From contig OZ220467.1 in NCBI GenBank assembly GCA_965116075.1, positions 1,857,067 to 1,921,066 of the forward strand: DNA of 64,000 nucleotides, in the 5' to 3' direction. The notes beneath the pieces are model-generated. The model was not told the origin of the DNA and made no database searches. It saw only the letters and a list, made by a program, of their open reading frames with translations. Source of the stretch: Thermodesulfobacteriota bacterium (GTDB lineage Bacteria; Desulfobacterota_D; UBA1144; Nemesobacterales; Nemesobacteraceae). Both the position numbers and the translations under genes were made by a program. Shown here piece by piece: positions 21,220 to 31,671 of this stretch (position 1 is its first letter; each line of letters opens with the position of its first letter).

Positions 21220-22020
21220 CTACTTTGCGGGAAAATCAATTTCAATGTTTTTCAATGTAGTCACCTTTCCCGAGAGAAAAACCCTGTCTCCGACCAGCCT
21301 TGTGTGAACAAGTCCTCCTCTACAGGATGCCTGATACCCTATAAGATCTGTTCTTCCAAGCATCTGGCTCCAGAACGGGCAAAGACAGCAATGGGCAGAG
21401 CCTGTGACTGGGTCCTCATCTATTCCCACGTTCGGAGCGAAAAACCGCGATACGAAATCATATTTTTTGGAAAAAGTAGAGCTTGTTATCACAAGTCCTC
21501 TACTTTTAAGATTCTTAATACGAGAAAAATTCGGCGTAGCATTTCTTATGATCTCTTCACTTTGATAAAGCGCAAGATAGTCAAAACGGTTTTTCCCCAC
21601 GTAAAGAGGAGTGGCAGGAATAGCAGTGAGCAGATCATCTGGGACATCCGTCTGCTGAGGTGCTTCTGAGGGAAAATCCATCTCTACAAGCCTGTTTTTC
21701 TTTATGGCGGAAATAGTTCCGCTTCTTGTGGAAAACACTGCGGGCTGAGACCCAGAAATTATATTGAGTTCAAATAGAATGTGAGCACTTGCAAGAGTGG
21801 CATGTCCGCACAGATCAACCTCTGTTTGCGGAGTAAACCACCTGAGACCAAAAACATCACCATCTTGAAGAATAAAAGCGGTCTCTGAAAGATTTATTCG
21901 AGTAGCTAAAGATTGCTTATCCCGGTCAGCTATTTTTTCTTTCAGAATACATACGGCAGCCGGGTTCCCAGAATTAGGTCCGTCGGTAAACGCGCAAACG
22001 ACATAAAATTTTATTAGCAC
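21220..22020 (-). CDS. PhzF-family isomerase (phenazine biosynthesis-like protein)
   Basis: N-terminal FTDGPNSGNPAAV motif typical of PhzF/YddE; 266 aa. Confidence 0.8.
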   Translation of the reverse strand: MLIKFYVVCAFTDGPNSGNPAAVCILKEKIADRDKQSLATRINLSETAFILQDGDVFGLRWFTPQTEVDLCGHATLASAHILFELNIISGSQPAVFSTRSGTISAIKKNRLVEMDFPSEAPQQTDVPDDLLTAIPATPLYVGKNRFDYLALYQSEEIIRNATPNFSRIKNLKSRGLVITSSTFSKKYDFVSRFFAPNVGIDEDPVTGSAHCCLCPFWSQMLGRTDLIGYQASCRGGLVHTRLVGDRVFLSGKVTTLKNIEIDFPAK

Positions 22021-22039
22021 AAAACCTCATCCCTCAAGA

Positions 22040-23362
22040 CTAACAATTTGACATAACGCCCATATTCGGCCCGCTATATTTTAGCCTATCCACAGCTTGC
22101 TTTATTCCAAAGAGAGTTAGAGGAAACATAGCGTCTTTGTAAAAATCCTTGAGAATCCCTATGCTTTCGACCCATTTCCACTCATCCTCCGGCACTGGGT
22201 TCAACCACACTGTAAAAGGATACTTTGACTTCACTCTCTCAAGCCACCGCAGTCCTGGCTCGTCATTGTTATGCTCAACGCTTCCGTTTGGATAAACAAG
22301 TTCCCATGGAGACATTGAAGCATCGCCAACTATTATACATCTGTAATCACTGTTGTACTTGTTAAGTACAGAAAACGTGGGGACCTGCTCCTGCCAGCGT
22401 CTTTTATTATCCCTCCATACTTTTTCATATATGCAGTTATGAAAGTAGTAGAATTCAAGATGTTTGAACTCATGCCTTGCGGCGGAAAAAAGTCTTGAGC
22501 AAAGTTCAACGTGGTCGTCCATTGAACCTCCAATGTCAAAAAACATAAGCACCTTGACATTATTTTTCCTTTTTGGGACAAACTCAAGATCCAAAAACCC
22601 AGCATTTTTGGAAGTTTTTTCAACCGTCTTGTCAACATCAAGTTCTTCGTCCACTCCCTCACGGGTAAGAACCCTGAGTCTCTTAAGCGCCATCTTCATG
22701 TTTCTCACATTAAGTTCTACGGAATCGTCAAGATCTCGAAACTCTCTTCTGTCCCAAACCTTTACTGCACGACGATGACGGCTTCTGTCCTGTCCAATGC
22801 GAATACCCGCGTGATTGTATCCGTACGCTCCATAAGGAGATGTGCCGCCAGTGCCAACCCATCTGTCTCCCCCCTGATGGCGTTTTTTCTGTTTTTCAAG
22901 AATCTCTCTAAACCTTTTCATAAGTTCCTCAATCCCTCCTGCGCGCCGGATTATCTCCCGATCTTGTTCTGAAAGAGAGTTTTCAAAACTTCTACGCAAC
23001 CACTCAAGCGGAATATCTTTGAACTCTTCTGGGTCAGAACGTTCTATTCCCCTGAAATAGGAAGCAAAAAGCCTGTCAAATCGGTCAAGATTCCGTTCGT
23101 CTTTTACCATGACACAACGGCACAGGTAATAAAAATCGGTCGTATCACAGTTTATCACGCCCTGGTCAAGAGCTTGAAGAAGCACAAGGTATTCCTTGAT
23201 GGTGACGGGGAATCCGTCGTTTTTCAATAGAAGGAAAAAATCAAGAAACACAATTTTTGTCCTCTCAGTTTCTGAGCCTTCTTCCAAGCGCCTGTAGCAT
23301 CTCGTAATCCACTTCGTTTTTGACAAGCGCTCCTGAGTACGGAGGAAGAACACCTTGTTCAA
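22040..23362 (-). CDS. VWA-domain protein (CoxE/NorD-like partner of the MoxR ATPase); true start probably GTG near 23243
   Basis: The annotated ATG ORF overlaps the upstream gene by 98 nt. The CoxE-like N-terminus (FLDFF...) begins at an in-frame GTG just after the upstream stop. Confidence 0.7.
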   Translation of the reverse strand: MNKVFFLRTQERLSKTKWITRCYRRLEEGSETERTKIVFLDFFLLLKNDGFPVTIKEYLVLLQALDQGVINCDTTDFYYLCRCVMVKDERNLDRFDRLFASYFRGIERSDPEEFKDIPLEWLRRSFENSLSEQDREIIRRAGGIEELMKRFREILEKQKKRHQGGDRWVGTGGTSPYGAYGYNHAGIRIGQDRSRHRRAVKVWDRREFRDLDDSVELNVRNMKMALKRLRVLTREGVDEELDVDKTVEKTSKNAGFLDLEFVPKRKNNVKVLMFFDIGGSMDDHVELCSRLFSAARHEFKHLEFYYFHNCIYEKVWRDNKRRWQEQVPTFSVLNKYNSDYRCIIVGDASMSPWELVYPNGSVEHNNDEPGLRWLERVKSKYPFTVWLNPVPEDEWKWVESIGILKDFYKDAMFPLTLFGIKQAVDRLKYSGPNMGVMSNC

Positions 23363-24104
23363 TGTCTGTATGCGAAAGGACTTTTGTGGCTACGCGATCA
23401 GATGCAAGAAGTTTTATCCAGTCTATGAGTTCACTTGTAGATGGTTTTTTCTTGAGTCCTTCAACTTCTCTTATCGAATAAAAAAGACCAAGGGCTTGAT
23501 CCATAAGCTTATGCTCAAGGTCTGGATAATGTACCTTTACTATCTCTTGAAGCGTAGCACGGTCAGGAAAAGCTATGTAGTGAAAAAAACATCTTCTGAG
23601 AAATGCGTCGGGTAATTCCTTTTCATTATTTGAAGTGATTATCACTATTGGCCTTTTCAAAGCTTTGATGGTTTTTGCAAGCTCATAGCAGTAAAACTCC
23701 ATACTGTCGAGTTCAAGTAGAAGATCGTTAGGAAACTCTATGTCGGCTTTGTCTATCTCATCAATCAGAAGAACTACTTGCCTAGAACTTTCAAACGCCT
23801 CCCAGAGTTTTCCTTTCTTTATGTAATTTGAGAGATCGGTAATTCTTTCATTTCCGAGCTGAGAATCGCGTAGTCTAGCAACCGCATCGTATTCATAAAG
23901 ACCTTGTTGAGCGGTCGTGGTGGATTTTATGTGCCAAGTTATAAGGTTTTTCTCAAGAGCCTTTGCCACTTCAAAGGCAAGCATAGTCTTTCCAGTTCCA
24001 GGTTCTCCTTTTATAAGAAGAGGCCTCTCAAGGGCCACCGAAGCATTAACTGCAACGGTAAGGTCCCTTGTAGCTATATAATCGTGAGTACCTTCAAATT
24101 TCAT
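23265..24104 (-). CDS. MoxR-family AAA+ ATPase
   Basis: Walker A GEPGTGKT, Walker B LLIDEIDKA; 279 aa AAA_5-type. Confidence 0.8.
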   Translation of the reverse strand: MKFEGTHDYIATRDLTVAVNASVALERPLLIKGEPGTGKTMLAFEVAKALEKNLITWHIKSTTTAQQGLYEYDAVARLRDSQLGNERITDLSNYIKKGKLWEAFESSRQVVLLIDEIDKADIEFPNDLLLELDSMEFYCYELAKTIKALKRPIVIITSNNEKELPDAFLRRCFFHYIAFPDRATLQEIVKVHYPDLEHKLMDQALGLFYSIREVEGLKKKPSTSELIDWIKLLASDRVATKVLSHTDIEQGVLPPYSGALVKNEVDYEMLQALGRRLRN

Positions 24105-24146
24105 TTCCGTTTTTTTCCTGCTGATAGAGAAAAATAGCCATCACAG

Positions 24147-25016
24147 TTATCTGTTAAACACTATGGTTCTGTTCTTGTAAATAAGAATCTCCCGATTTAT
24201 ATGGGACCATAAGGCATTTGAGAGAACTAACTTCTCAAGGTCTTTCCCCTTTCTCACCAGGTCGTCTACCGAATCGTTGTAGTTTACCCGTATTACGTCC
24301 TGTTCTATTATAGGTCCGCAGTCTAATTCCTCGGTTACGTAATGGCAAGTCGCCCCGACAATTTTGACTCCTCTTTTGTAGGCATTGTGATAGGGTCGCG
24401 CTCCTGGAAAAGCGGGAAGGAAAGAATGGTGAATATTGATTATTCTGTTTTCATAGTGTGAGACAAAGTTTCCACTAAGTATTTGCATATACCTAGCAAG
24501 GACTATGAAGTCCACTTTATAATCCGCTAGGAGTTCAAGTTGCCTAGCTTCTACTTCCTCTTTGTTGTTCTCTACATCGCTAAACACTCTGAAGTCCATA
24601 TCGTACCGCTCAGCAATCGGCTTTAAGTCTGGGTGGTTACTTACAACAACAGGAACTTCCACATTCCATTCTTTAACTCTTAACCGGTATATGATGTCGG
24701 ATAGGCAATGGGGAAGTTTTGAGACGAAAACCGCCATACGCAACAGTTTCCCAGTAAAGAATATATCAAACTTCATGTTGAACTTTGAAGCCACTTCCTC
24801 TTGAAAAAGCTTAGAAGTTTGCTCTTTAGAAATGGAAAAATCTTCCATTCCCCACTTTACTCGGATAAAGGTGACCATGTCATCTATGTCTACGCAGTGT
24901 TCTATCTCATGTATGTTGCCACCATGCTTGAATATAAAGTCGGTTATTGTTCGAACAAGACCAGGACGGTCAGAAGAGTATGAAAGTAGTATTGCTTCTT
25001 CGGATTTCTCTGACAT
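24147..25016 (-). CDS. purU: formyltetrahydrofolate deformylase
   Basis: N-terminal ACT domain plus formyltransferase core (HHSFLPAFPGARPY). Confidence 0.85.
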   Translation of the reverse strand: MSEKSEEAILLSYSSDRPGLVRTITDFIFKHGGNIHEIEHCVDIDDMVTFIRVKWGMEDFSISKEQTSKLFQEEVASKFNMKFDIFFTGKLLRMAVFVSKLPHCLSDIIYRLRVKEWNVEVPVVVSNHPDLKPIAERYDMDFRVFSDVENNKEEVEARQLELLADYKVDFIVLARYMQILSGNFVSHYENRIINIHHSFLPAFPGARPYHNAYKRGVKIVGATCHYVTEELDCGPIIEQDVIRVNYNDSVDDLVRKGKDLEKLVLSNALWSHINREILIYKNRTIVFNR

Positions 25017-25360
25017 AATTCAGAACCAATGTTAATTGTAGTAACAGGTAAATCAGCGACTCTTTTGCGCTCAATTCAGTGTTTTTGGCATACAAGTCGC
25101 TTACATAAGATTGTTTGTCCGCCTCATTTACTACCATGAGACAACAAATCCCTTTCCCCCTCCGTTAATTATGACATAAACAAGATAATTTCCAATCCCT
25201 CTGCCACATAAAACTATTTTTCTCAAATCTTTTCATCAGATGTCTGAACTTTCCCGAAAATCTAAAAATCTGACAATGTCCATGATCCTTGAACCTCTCA
25301 GAATTTCTTAAGGGCGCATCGCGTAGTCTATTTAAGCGGATCAAGTAGCGCCGCTACGAC

Positions 25361-25849
25361 CTACGACCAAGGCTCCTTATAATAGTAGGTGAAGTTAGCG
25401 ACCCTAGGTCTCTCTGTCCATCCTTTCTTGCTGTAAAACCCTCGCCTATAAGAAGATTTGTCCTTGCCGTTGGTCACCATAAGACGATAGGCATCTCTTC
25501 TCTCTCCTTCGGCTACAACTGCGTCAATCAGTTTTCCTCCGGCGCCAAGACCACTTGCCGCAGGACTTACAAAAAGGTCGGAAATATAACCCTCATAACT
25601 ACCGAGCATCACAAACGGGACCCAGTGAACATTGACAAAGCCAACGACAGTGCCTGTAGAATCACATGCTACGTAGATTGTGTGGCCTTCGGAATCCTCA
25701 CAGGCATGGGAAATCAGATCATAGATAGGAGAAGACACCTCCTCCAGAGCAAGGGAATTCCTCCTTTCAGACCAGCCTATCTCCCTAAGTATAAGCGCCA
25801 TGTCTTGAGCATCGCTCGGCTTTGCTTTTCTTATGCTAATATCTTGCAT
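25361..25849 (-). CDS. GNAT-family N-acetyltransferase (internal Met start MQDISIRKAKPSD)
   Basis: The longer ORF overlaps the upstream gene; the GNAT-like core (acetyl-CoA loop region ASGLGAGGKL) starts at the internal Met. Confidence 0.55.
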   Translation of the reverse strand: MQDISIRKAKPSDAQDMALILREIGWSERRNSLALEEVSSPIYDLISHACEDSEGHTIYVACDSTGTVVGFVNVHWVPFVMLGSYEGYISDLFVSPAASGLGAGGKLIDAVVAEGERRDAYRLMVTNGKDKSSYRRGFYSKKGWTERPRVANFTYYYKEPWS

Positions 25850-25853
25850 TGAT

Positions 25854-26672
25854 TTAATTTTGTTTCTTTCCGCATAGGATTTTAACCATTTTCTCAAGGC
25901 TTTTGAGCACTCCAGAACTCGTAAGAACAGAGGGAAGTTCCTTATCAATTTCTGAGCAAGTCCGTTCAATATCCTTCACAACTCCATATCGAAGAGCTTT
26001 TTTTGAAAAAGCATAACCCGGGAGAAGATGCGGACTGTACTGTCCAGCAAAATCCACGCAGTAGGGAATAAGTTTTTCGGCCTCGCATATTTCGTTAAAA
26101 AAGCCGATTTCCTTGGCCGCGGAAGGCTCATAAAGATGCCCTGTCATCAATACGTGCCGAGTCGTCTTCTCTCCAAGCGCGTAAAGAATTATGCGCCCTA
26201 CTACAGCAGGAAGAGGAAATCCTATTGTGATCTCGTTAAGACCAAATCTTGCGCCAGAATCCACGCATATCCTATAATCACAACATAAAGCGATTATAAG
26301 ACCACCTGCGATCGCGTGTCCGTTGACTGCAGCCACAACCGGCCTCTCATAAGTGAAGATCCTCATAAGTGAGGAGATGAACTGCTTGTACCACTGCCTT
26401 ATCCTATCTTGGTCAACCGTCTTAAAAAGAGAAAAATGGCGTTTGATGTCAAGACCGGCAGAAAAAACCCTCTCTGAAGACGCAAGCACCACGGGACTTT
26501 CTGGATAGTCCTTTTCAATCACAAGGAAAGTATCTTGAAGATCGTTGAAAAACTCCTCATTCATCAGATTCATTGGGTTTGAGTTCATATAGACAACCAC
26601 AACTCCTCCCGTTTCCTCAATTTTCCAACTCAAGGCGTTTTCCCTCTTTTCTCCGATATATGACGTCCCCAC
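25854..26672 (-). CDS. enoyl-CoA hydratase/isomerase (crotonase) family protein
   Basis: FSAGLDIK oxyanion-hole motif; 272 aa. Confidence 0.75.
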   Translation of the reverse strand: MGTSYIGEKRENALSWKIEETGGVVVVYMNSNPMNLMNEEFFNDLQDTFLVIEKDYPESPVVLASSERVFSAGLDIKRHFSLFKTVDQDRIRQWYKQFISSLMRIFTYERPVVAAVNGHAIAGGLIIALCCDYRICVDSGARFGLNEITIGFPLPAVVGRIILYALGEKTTRHVLMTGHLYEPSAAKEIGFFNEICEAEKLIPYCVDFAGQYSPHLLPGYAFSKKALRYGVVKDIERTCSEIDKELPSVLTSSGVLKSLEKMVKILCGKKQN

Positions 26673-28336
26673 GAATCCCTCAGAGTGGCAGTTCTATTAA
26701 AAACAGGAGTATTTGGCGAGGAATCGTGGGAATCAAGCATAAAATATCCCCTTCTCTCAAACTGGTAGTTAGCGTGATCCTCGCAATTCCCAAGAGAAGG
26801 TTCAGCCATACAGCCTTCTATTATATGCAGGGAATCGGGATTCAAAAATTCTGTGAAATCCTTTTGCTTGTCAGCCATCGGATTCTCAACTGTGAAAAGC
26901 CTGTCGTAAAGTCTTACAGTTATATTCACAGCAGTCTTTGCACAGACCCAGTGTATCGTACCCTTGATCTTTTCTCCGTCAGGAGTTGCGCCTCCTTTTG
27001 TCCCCGGGTCGTATTCGCAGTGAACTTCGGTTATCTGGCCAGTATCCGCGTCACGACAAAACCCCACGCATTTTACAATATACGCGTAGCGAAGCCGGAC
27101 TTTGCGTCCAGGGGTTAATCTGTGGAATTTTTTCGGAGGATGCTCCATAAAATCATCTCTTTCCACAAAAAGTTCTCTAGAAAACGGAACTTTCCTTGTC
27201 CCCATGGAGTCATCCTCGGGATTGTTAACGGCATCTAATTCCTCAGTTTCAGATTCTGGATAATTTACTATTACAAGCTTTAAAGGATCAAGTACCGCCA
27301 TACGCCTCTTGGCTTTTCTGTTAAGGTCATCCCGTACGCTGTACTCAAGAAGGCCCATATCTATACGGCTTTCTTGTTTAGTAACGCCTATTTTTTTACA
27401 GAAAATTTTTATTGACTCAGGCGTGTAGCCACGCCTGCGCAGACCAGAAATCGTCGGCATTCTAGGGTCATCCCATCCACTTACGAATCCTTCAGACACA
27501 AGTCTTGCGAGATTTCTTTTACTCAAAACGGCGTAACTAAGGTTGAGCTTCGCAAATTCTATCTGACGCGAGTGGAATATGCCTAGTTGAGTTATAAACC
27601 AGTCATAAAGGGGACGGTGATCCTCAAATTCAAGAGTGCATATTGAGTGAGTAACTCCTTCTATTGAGTCGCTCTGCCCATGCGCCCAGTCGTAAGTCGG
27701 GTAAATTGACCATGAATTTCCGGTACGCGGATGAGGAGTTTTCATTATCCTATACATGACAGGGTCGCGCATGTTGATATTGCCCGCAGCCATGTTTATT
27801 TTTGCCCGTACCACGAACTGTCCCTCGTCAAATTCTCCATTTCTCATCGCGGAAAAAAACTTGAGGTTTTCCTCAACTGATCTTTCCCTTGAAGGACTCT
27901 CTTTACCGGGTTCTGAAAGAGTGCCTCTATAGAGCCTTACTTGCTCTGCGTTAAGATCATCAACATAGGCCTTTCCCCCTTCCATAAGGCGTATTGCGTA
28001 TTCATAGAGTTGCTCAAAGTAATCAGAGGCATAGTAGATCCCGTCCCACTCATACCCAAGCCATCTCACATCCTCTTTAATGGATTCTGCGTACTCCTCG
28101 TCCTCTCTAGATGGATTAGTATCATCAAAGCGCAGATTGCATTTTCCGCCGAATTCCCGCGCGATTTCAAAATTAAGGCATATGGATTTGGCATGACCTA
28201 TGTGGAGATAGCCGTTGGGCTCTGGAGGGAACCGCGTCACAACCATTTTGGCACCAGAATCAAGGTCGCTCTTTATCTTCGCTCTGATAAAGTCTTCTGA
28301 CTCAATACGCCTGTCATCATCGCCGGATAATTTCAT
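26630..28336 (-). CDS. glnS: glutaminyl-tRNA synthetase
   Basis: [26 protein letters not shown] (HIGH motif region) followed by [10 protein letters not shown]; 568 aa. Confidence 0.9.
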   Translation of the reverse strand: MKLSGDDDRRIESEDFIRAKIKSDLDSGAKMVVTRFPPEPNGYLHIGHAKSICLNFEIAREFGGKCNLRFDDTNPSREDEEYAESIKEDVRWLGYEWDGIYYASDYFEQLYEYAIRLMEGGKAYVDDLNAEQVRLYRGTLSEPGKESPSRERSVEENLKFFSAMRNGEFDEGQFVVRAKINMAAGNINMRDPVMYRIMKTPHPRTGNSWSIYPTYDWAHGQSDSIEGVTHSICTLEFEDHRPLYDWFITQLGIFHSRQIEFAKLNLSYAVLSKRNLARLVSEGFVSGWDDPRMPTISGLRRRGYTPESIKIFCKKIGVTKQESRIDMGLLEYSVRDDLNRKAKRRMAVLDPLKLVIVNYPESETEELDAVNNPEDDSMGTRKVPFSRELFVERDDFMEHPPKKFHRLTPGRKVRLRYAYIVKCVGFCRDADTGQITEVHCEYDPGTKGGATPDGEKIKGTIHWVCAKTAVNITVRLYDRLFTVENPMADKQKDFTEFLNPDSLHIIEGCMAEPSLGNCEDHANYQFERRGYFMLDSHDSSPNTPVFNRTATLRDSWGRHISEKRGKTP

Positions 28337-28405
28337 GGTTTTATATCAGAACTTCTTGTACTGGCGATAGCGTCAAAAAATTCCAAGGTACAACAAAACT
28401 GCGAA

Positions 28406-28960
28406 CTACTTCCATTTAATGTTGCATCCAATGCTTGGAATCTGGTCTTTGGGAACTTCCCTATCGGCCAAAATAGCGTCAAGAGCTACGCGCAAGTCCT
28501 TTCCAGTAACTGGTTTTCCATTTCCAGGCCTTGAGTCATCAAACTGCCCTCTATAAACGCATCTCAGATCACGGTTGTACACAAAAAAATCAGGTGTACA
28601 CGCCGCATCATAAGCTTTTGCAACCTCTTGAGTTTCATCAAAGAGATAGGGAAATGAATACTCTAGTTGTTCAGCGACCTGTTTCATTTTTTCAGGAGAA
28701 TCGTCTGGATAGTTTTCAACATCATTTGAGTTTATCGCCACAAACGAAACCCCCTTCGGAATATAGTCATTTGCTATACTTACTAGACCTTGCTGAAGAT
28801 GCTTTACGTATGGACAGTGGTTGCATATGAACATAAACACTGTAGCCACATCCGACTTGGTAGCGGCAAGAGTGACCTGATTTCCGCTTATCACGTCGGG
28901 TAGACGGAAATCTGGAGCCTCACTCCCAAGTGGAATCATCGTTGACGGAGTTTTTACCAT
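28406..28960 (-). CDS. thioredoxin-fold thiol-disulfide oxidoreductase family protein
   Basis: CNHC redox motif (FMFICNHCPYV). Confidence 0.7.
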   Translation of the reverse strand: MVKTPSTMIPLGSEAPDFRLPDVISGNQVTLAATKSDVATVFMFICNHCPYVKHLQQGLVSIANDYIPKGVSFVAINSNDVENYPDDSPEKMKQVAEQLEYSFPYLFDETQEVAKAYDAACTPDFFVYNRDLRCVYRGQFDDSRPGNGKPVTGKDLRVALDAILADREVPKDQIPSIGCNIKWK

Positions 28961-29322
28961 TTTTTATTCCTCTCTATTTCTAAACTTTTATGTCAATTTG
29001 GTCCGGTTTTGGCAGTCTCGACAATCTTGATTTCTGCTTTTTCTGTCTAGTCGGCAACTCATTACAGAATGTTTTTCACTATGCAGAAAAGGAATTAAGT
29101 CCGCAAATTAAACCCGTGTTATTCTTTGGGGCTTGATGAAAATCCCGTGGTTTTCTGCAAGCAGATATGATTCCAGTCTTGCGCAATTGTAGTTTTCCTT
29201 TTGCAGTCTTTGTTCTATAAAGCATTAATAATGGAATAAGTAATTGATTGTTATATCCGAATCCATTGCAGTCTATAATTGAGAAATCTAAGTTATGAGT
29301 TTAATGGGCAGTGAGACATTTG

Positions 29323-29425
29323 CACCGTAACGATTTTTGATGTTGGTTGCCTCTGATGATGGTGGAACCGTCACGGGTTTATTTCTCCGTAGATGATAAA
29401 TTTATCATTAATTTAGGCAACCTAT
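29323..29425. repeat. degenerate left-end (LE-B variant) fragment of the IS/MITE family
   Basis: gagacatttgcaccgtaacgatttttgatg...gatggtggaaccgtcacgggtttatttc aligns with 9028-9110 and with the reverse complement of 31400-31466. Confidence 0.4.
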
Positions 29426-29570
29426 AACACTACTTTAATTGGGGGCCAAATAATCAAAAATTTGTGCTATCATCCACTAAAATAAAATCTATCCTGCGAC
29501 TCAGCGAAATATTCAGACTACCTCCAAATGCGGTGGTGAAATTCTCAGTGCTCCTAACTGTGGAAAAAAG

Positions 29571-29602
29571 AGGACAACCTTAGGCTAGGCTGTCCTCTTT
29601 TT
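29571..29602. terminator. bidirectional rho-independent terminator
   Basis: gaggacaacc / ggctgtcctc stem with A-run upstream and T-run downstream; 30 bp past the stop of the minus-strand gene 29636-31099. Confidence 0.55.
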
Positions 29603-29635
29603 CTCGATAAATAATCCAAATCCGTCATAGGTTAA

Positions 29636-31099
29636 TCAAACGCGTCTTTTCAGAAAAACAACCGAGAATAGAACAGACACCATAAACAACAGATTAACCA
29701 ATGCACTTTGAGGCGAATGACCTGTACCAGCAATCGCGCATCCGTCATCGTCATCTTTAGCCGATTGAGTCACAGGTGGTGGATAAATACCAGAACCAAA
29801 AATGTGGCGTAGATTTAATGTGGGTATCGCCTTGAGAGATGGGTTCTCTTTAACAGCTTCGGATAGTATATTCACAACTTCAATATAACTTACTTTAAGC
29901 GAAGTACCGGGGACAATCTTCTCTTCAAGGTAGTTCTCATTTTCATCATCTTGAACTTCAGGGTTATCCCAGCGATAGGTAACCCCGTTAGCAGAGTATC
30001 CAGCTTGAGGTTCCTCGTTGTCTTCTCCTTCTACCAACTTCTTTCGAAACAGAGTCACTATCTTTTTGTCTTCGCCTTCTAGTTCTTTATCTTCTAACTC
30101 CAACGTGAGACCATTCAAATTGGGATCGTTTGCGTTAATAAACACAGTACCTTCTGAAGTTGCTGTCATGACGAAAAGATATATGTTTTTATGCTTGAAA
30201 ACTTCAGAGGTACTCAGACAAGCAAATGAACTACTTATCTCCGCAAAACTATCACTAGTGAATTTTGCTATACCCTGCGGAGTAGACAAGTCTAAAGTAC
30301 CAGCACCCTTCTGATCATTGATCAACTTGGAAATTCTAGCGCGCAGAGCTTGTTGATACGATCCAATGGAACTTTTTACATAACCTTTAAGCAGTTCTTC
30401 TGTTGGGTTCTTATATACATCCTCAGCGGTAACTGGTAGAGCTGGAAAAACAGAGCAGTCAGGTTTAGAAAAAGGGTTGTTTTCATGTAATTTTCCATCA
30501 TCTTTCCTATTCTCATGATCAAGACCTACTATGATCTTCATAGCGTCCCTAGCTGGTCCGAAAGTTATGCTAATTCCACAAGTTTGTCTCGTTTTACCAT
30601 CATATTTGTAATCTTCGCACTCAGTAGTATTACCTCCGGCTGACTCATTAATTAAAATTTGCAAAGCCTCTGCAGGAGTGTCCTTCACCTTCGTAGAATC
30701 TAACTTGTACCCAAACAGTTCAGGATATTTCGAGTGACTTAATACGGTTCCACCAGCATCCACTACAATCACATACATTTCATCGGTTTTATAAACTTCT
30801 TGTGTTCTGAAATCTCTTGCAATAACTGAAAGCACTTGATTTGCACTTCTGCCAGTCGATTTTATAAGGGAATCATAATGCTCCTTTACATGTGAAAGAA
30901 ATTCCTGAACATCACTTTCAACAGTAGGATCTACATCTTTAGCCCCTTCATCATCCATATCTCCAACATCCTTACCCCCAACATTGACAACATGAGCGGA
31001 TACTTCAGTGGAAATGAACAAGAAAACCACCCCCAACAGAAAAACCAGACTTAGAACTCCCGTGGGGCAAATATTCCTTACAGAACTATCACTTTTCAT
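29636..31099 (-). CDS. secreted/surface protein with two tandem Cache-like (sCache_2-type) domains and a C-terminal GCAIAG/TM helix/KRR sorting-signal-like tail
   Basis: N-terminal signal/anchor. Cache-like segments YVIVVDAGGTVLSHSKYPELFGYKLD and NIYLFVMTATSEGTVFINANDPNLNGL...VTYRWDNP. C-terminal ...KDDDDGCAIAGTGHSPQSALVNLLFMVSVLFSVVFLKRRV. Confidence 0.65.
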   Translation of the reverse strand: MKSDSSVRNICPTGVLSLVFLLGVVFLFISTEVSAHVVNVGGKDVGDMDDEGAKDVDPTVESDVQEFLSHVKEHYDSLIKSTGRSANQVLSVIARDFRTQEVYKTDEMYVIVVDAGGTVLSHSKYPELFGYKLDSTKVKDTPAEALQILINESAGGNTTECEDYKYDGKTRQTCGISITFGPARDAMKIIVGLDHENRKDDGKLHENNPFSKPDCSVFPALPVTAEDVYKNPTEELLKGYVKSSIGSYQQALRARISKLINDQKGAGTLDLSTPQGIAKFTSDSFAEISSSFACLSTSEVFKHKNIYLFVMTATSEGTVFINANDPNLNGLTLELEDKELEGEDKKIVTLFRKKLVEGEDNEEPQAGYSANGVTYRWDNPEVQDDENENYLEEKIVPGTSLKVSYIEVVNILSEAVKENPSLKAIPTLNLRHIFGSGIYPPPVTQSAKDDDDGCAIAGTGHSPQSALVNLLFMVSVLFSVVFLKRRV

Positions 31100-31254
31100 A
31101 TCAATCCTCCTTACACAACGTTTATAAGAACCGTTAACTCACGACACTTGACAGAATAGCCTCACCCCCTACCTAAGTCAAGATTGAGATCTTTATTCTT
31201 CAAGACATTTTTAGGGGTAAGGTTCAGTGGAGACAAATTCTCAATCGCTCAACC

Positions 31255-31466
31255 CCTCTATAAACACCCCTTGAACGCTTACAAACTTTTTAGCCCCAAA
31301 AGACCTAAAATCGACTAATGTAAGCCAAAAACCACAAATTTCACTCCACACTAAAATCGGTTGATATAACCTCTGTAAAAATTCCCCAGCCCAAAAATAC
31401 AAACAACAACCATCAAAAGAAATCAGCATCAAACATCACTACAGCGCAAACGCCTCGGCAATCTAT
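31255..31466. repeat. IS right-end body plus LE-B terminal repeat fragment, reverse orientation; right TIR absent
   Basis: Reverse complement matches 9028-9060 (TIR region, with one A>G change) and 9300-9400 (ttttacagaggttatatcaaccgattttagtgtgg.gtgaaattt..ggcttacattag). TIR variant ACAGCGCAAACGCCTC at 31451-31466. Confidence 0.55.
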
Positions 31467-31671
31467 TATTGTTGATAAAACCGACTTTTTCGTGTGAACT
31501 ATCGTAAAAAGACTTATTCTACAAGGTGACGCGATGGCCAGATGCCATTTTTTCCATAGCATCATCAACACTCCACGACCTTTGACAAAAAGATAGGGTG
31601 ATTATGTTTAGAAAAATTCCTCCATGGTTTTTGTTCTTCCACTCATAAAAACACCATCCTTGGGAGGAAGT

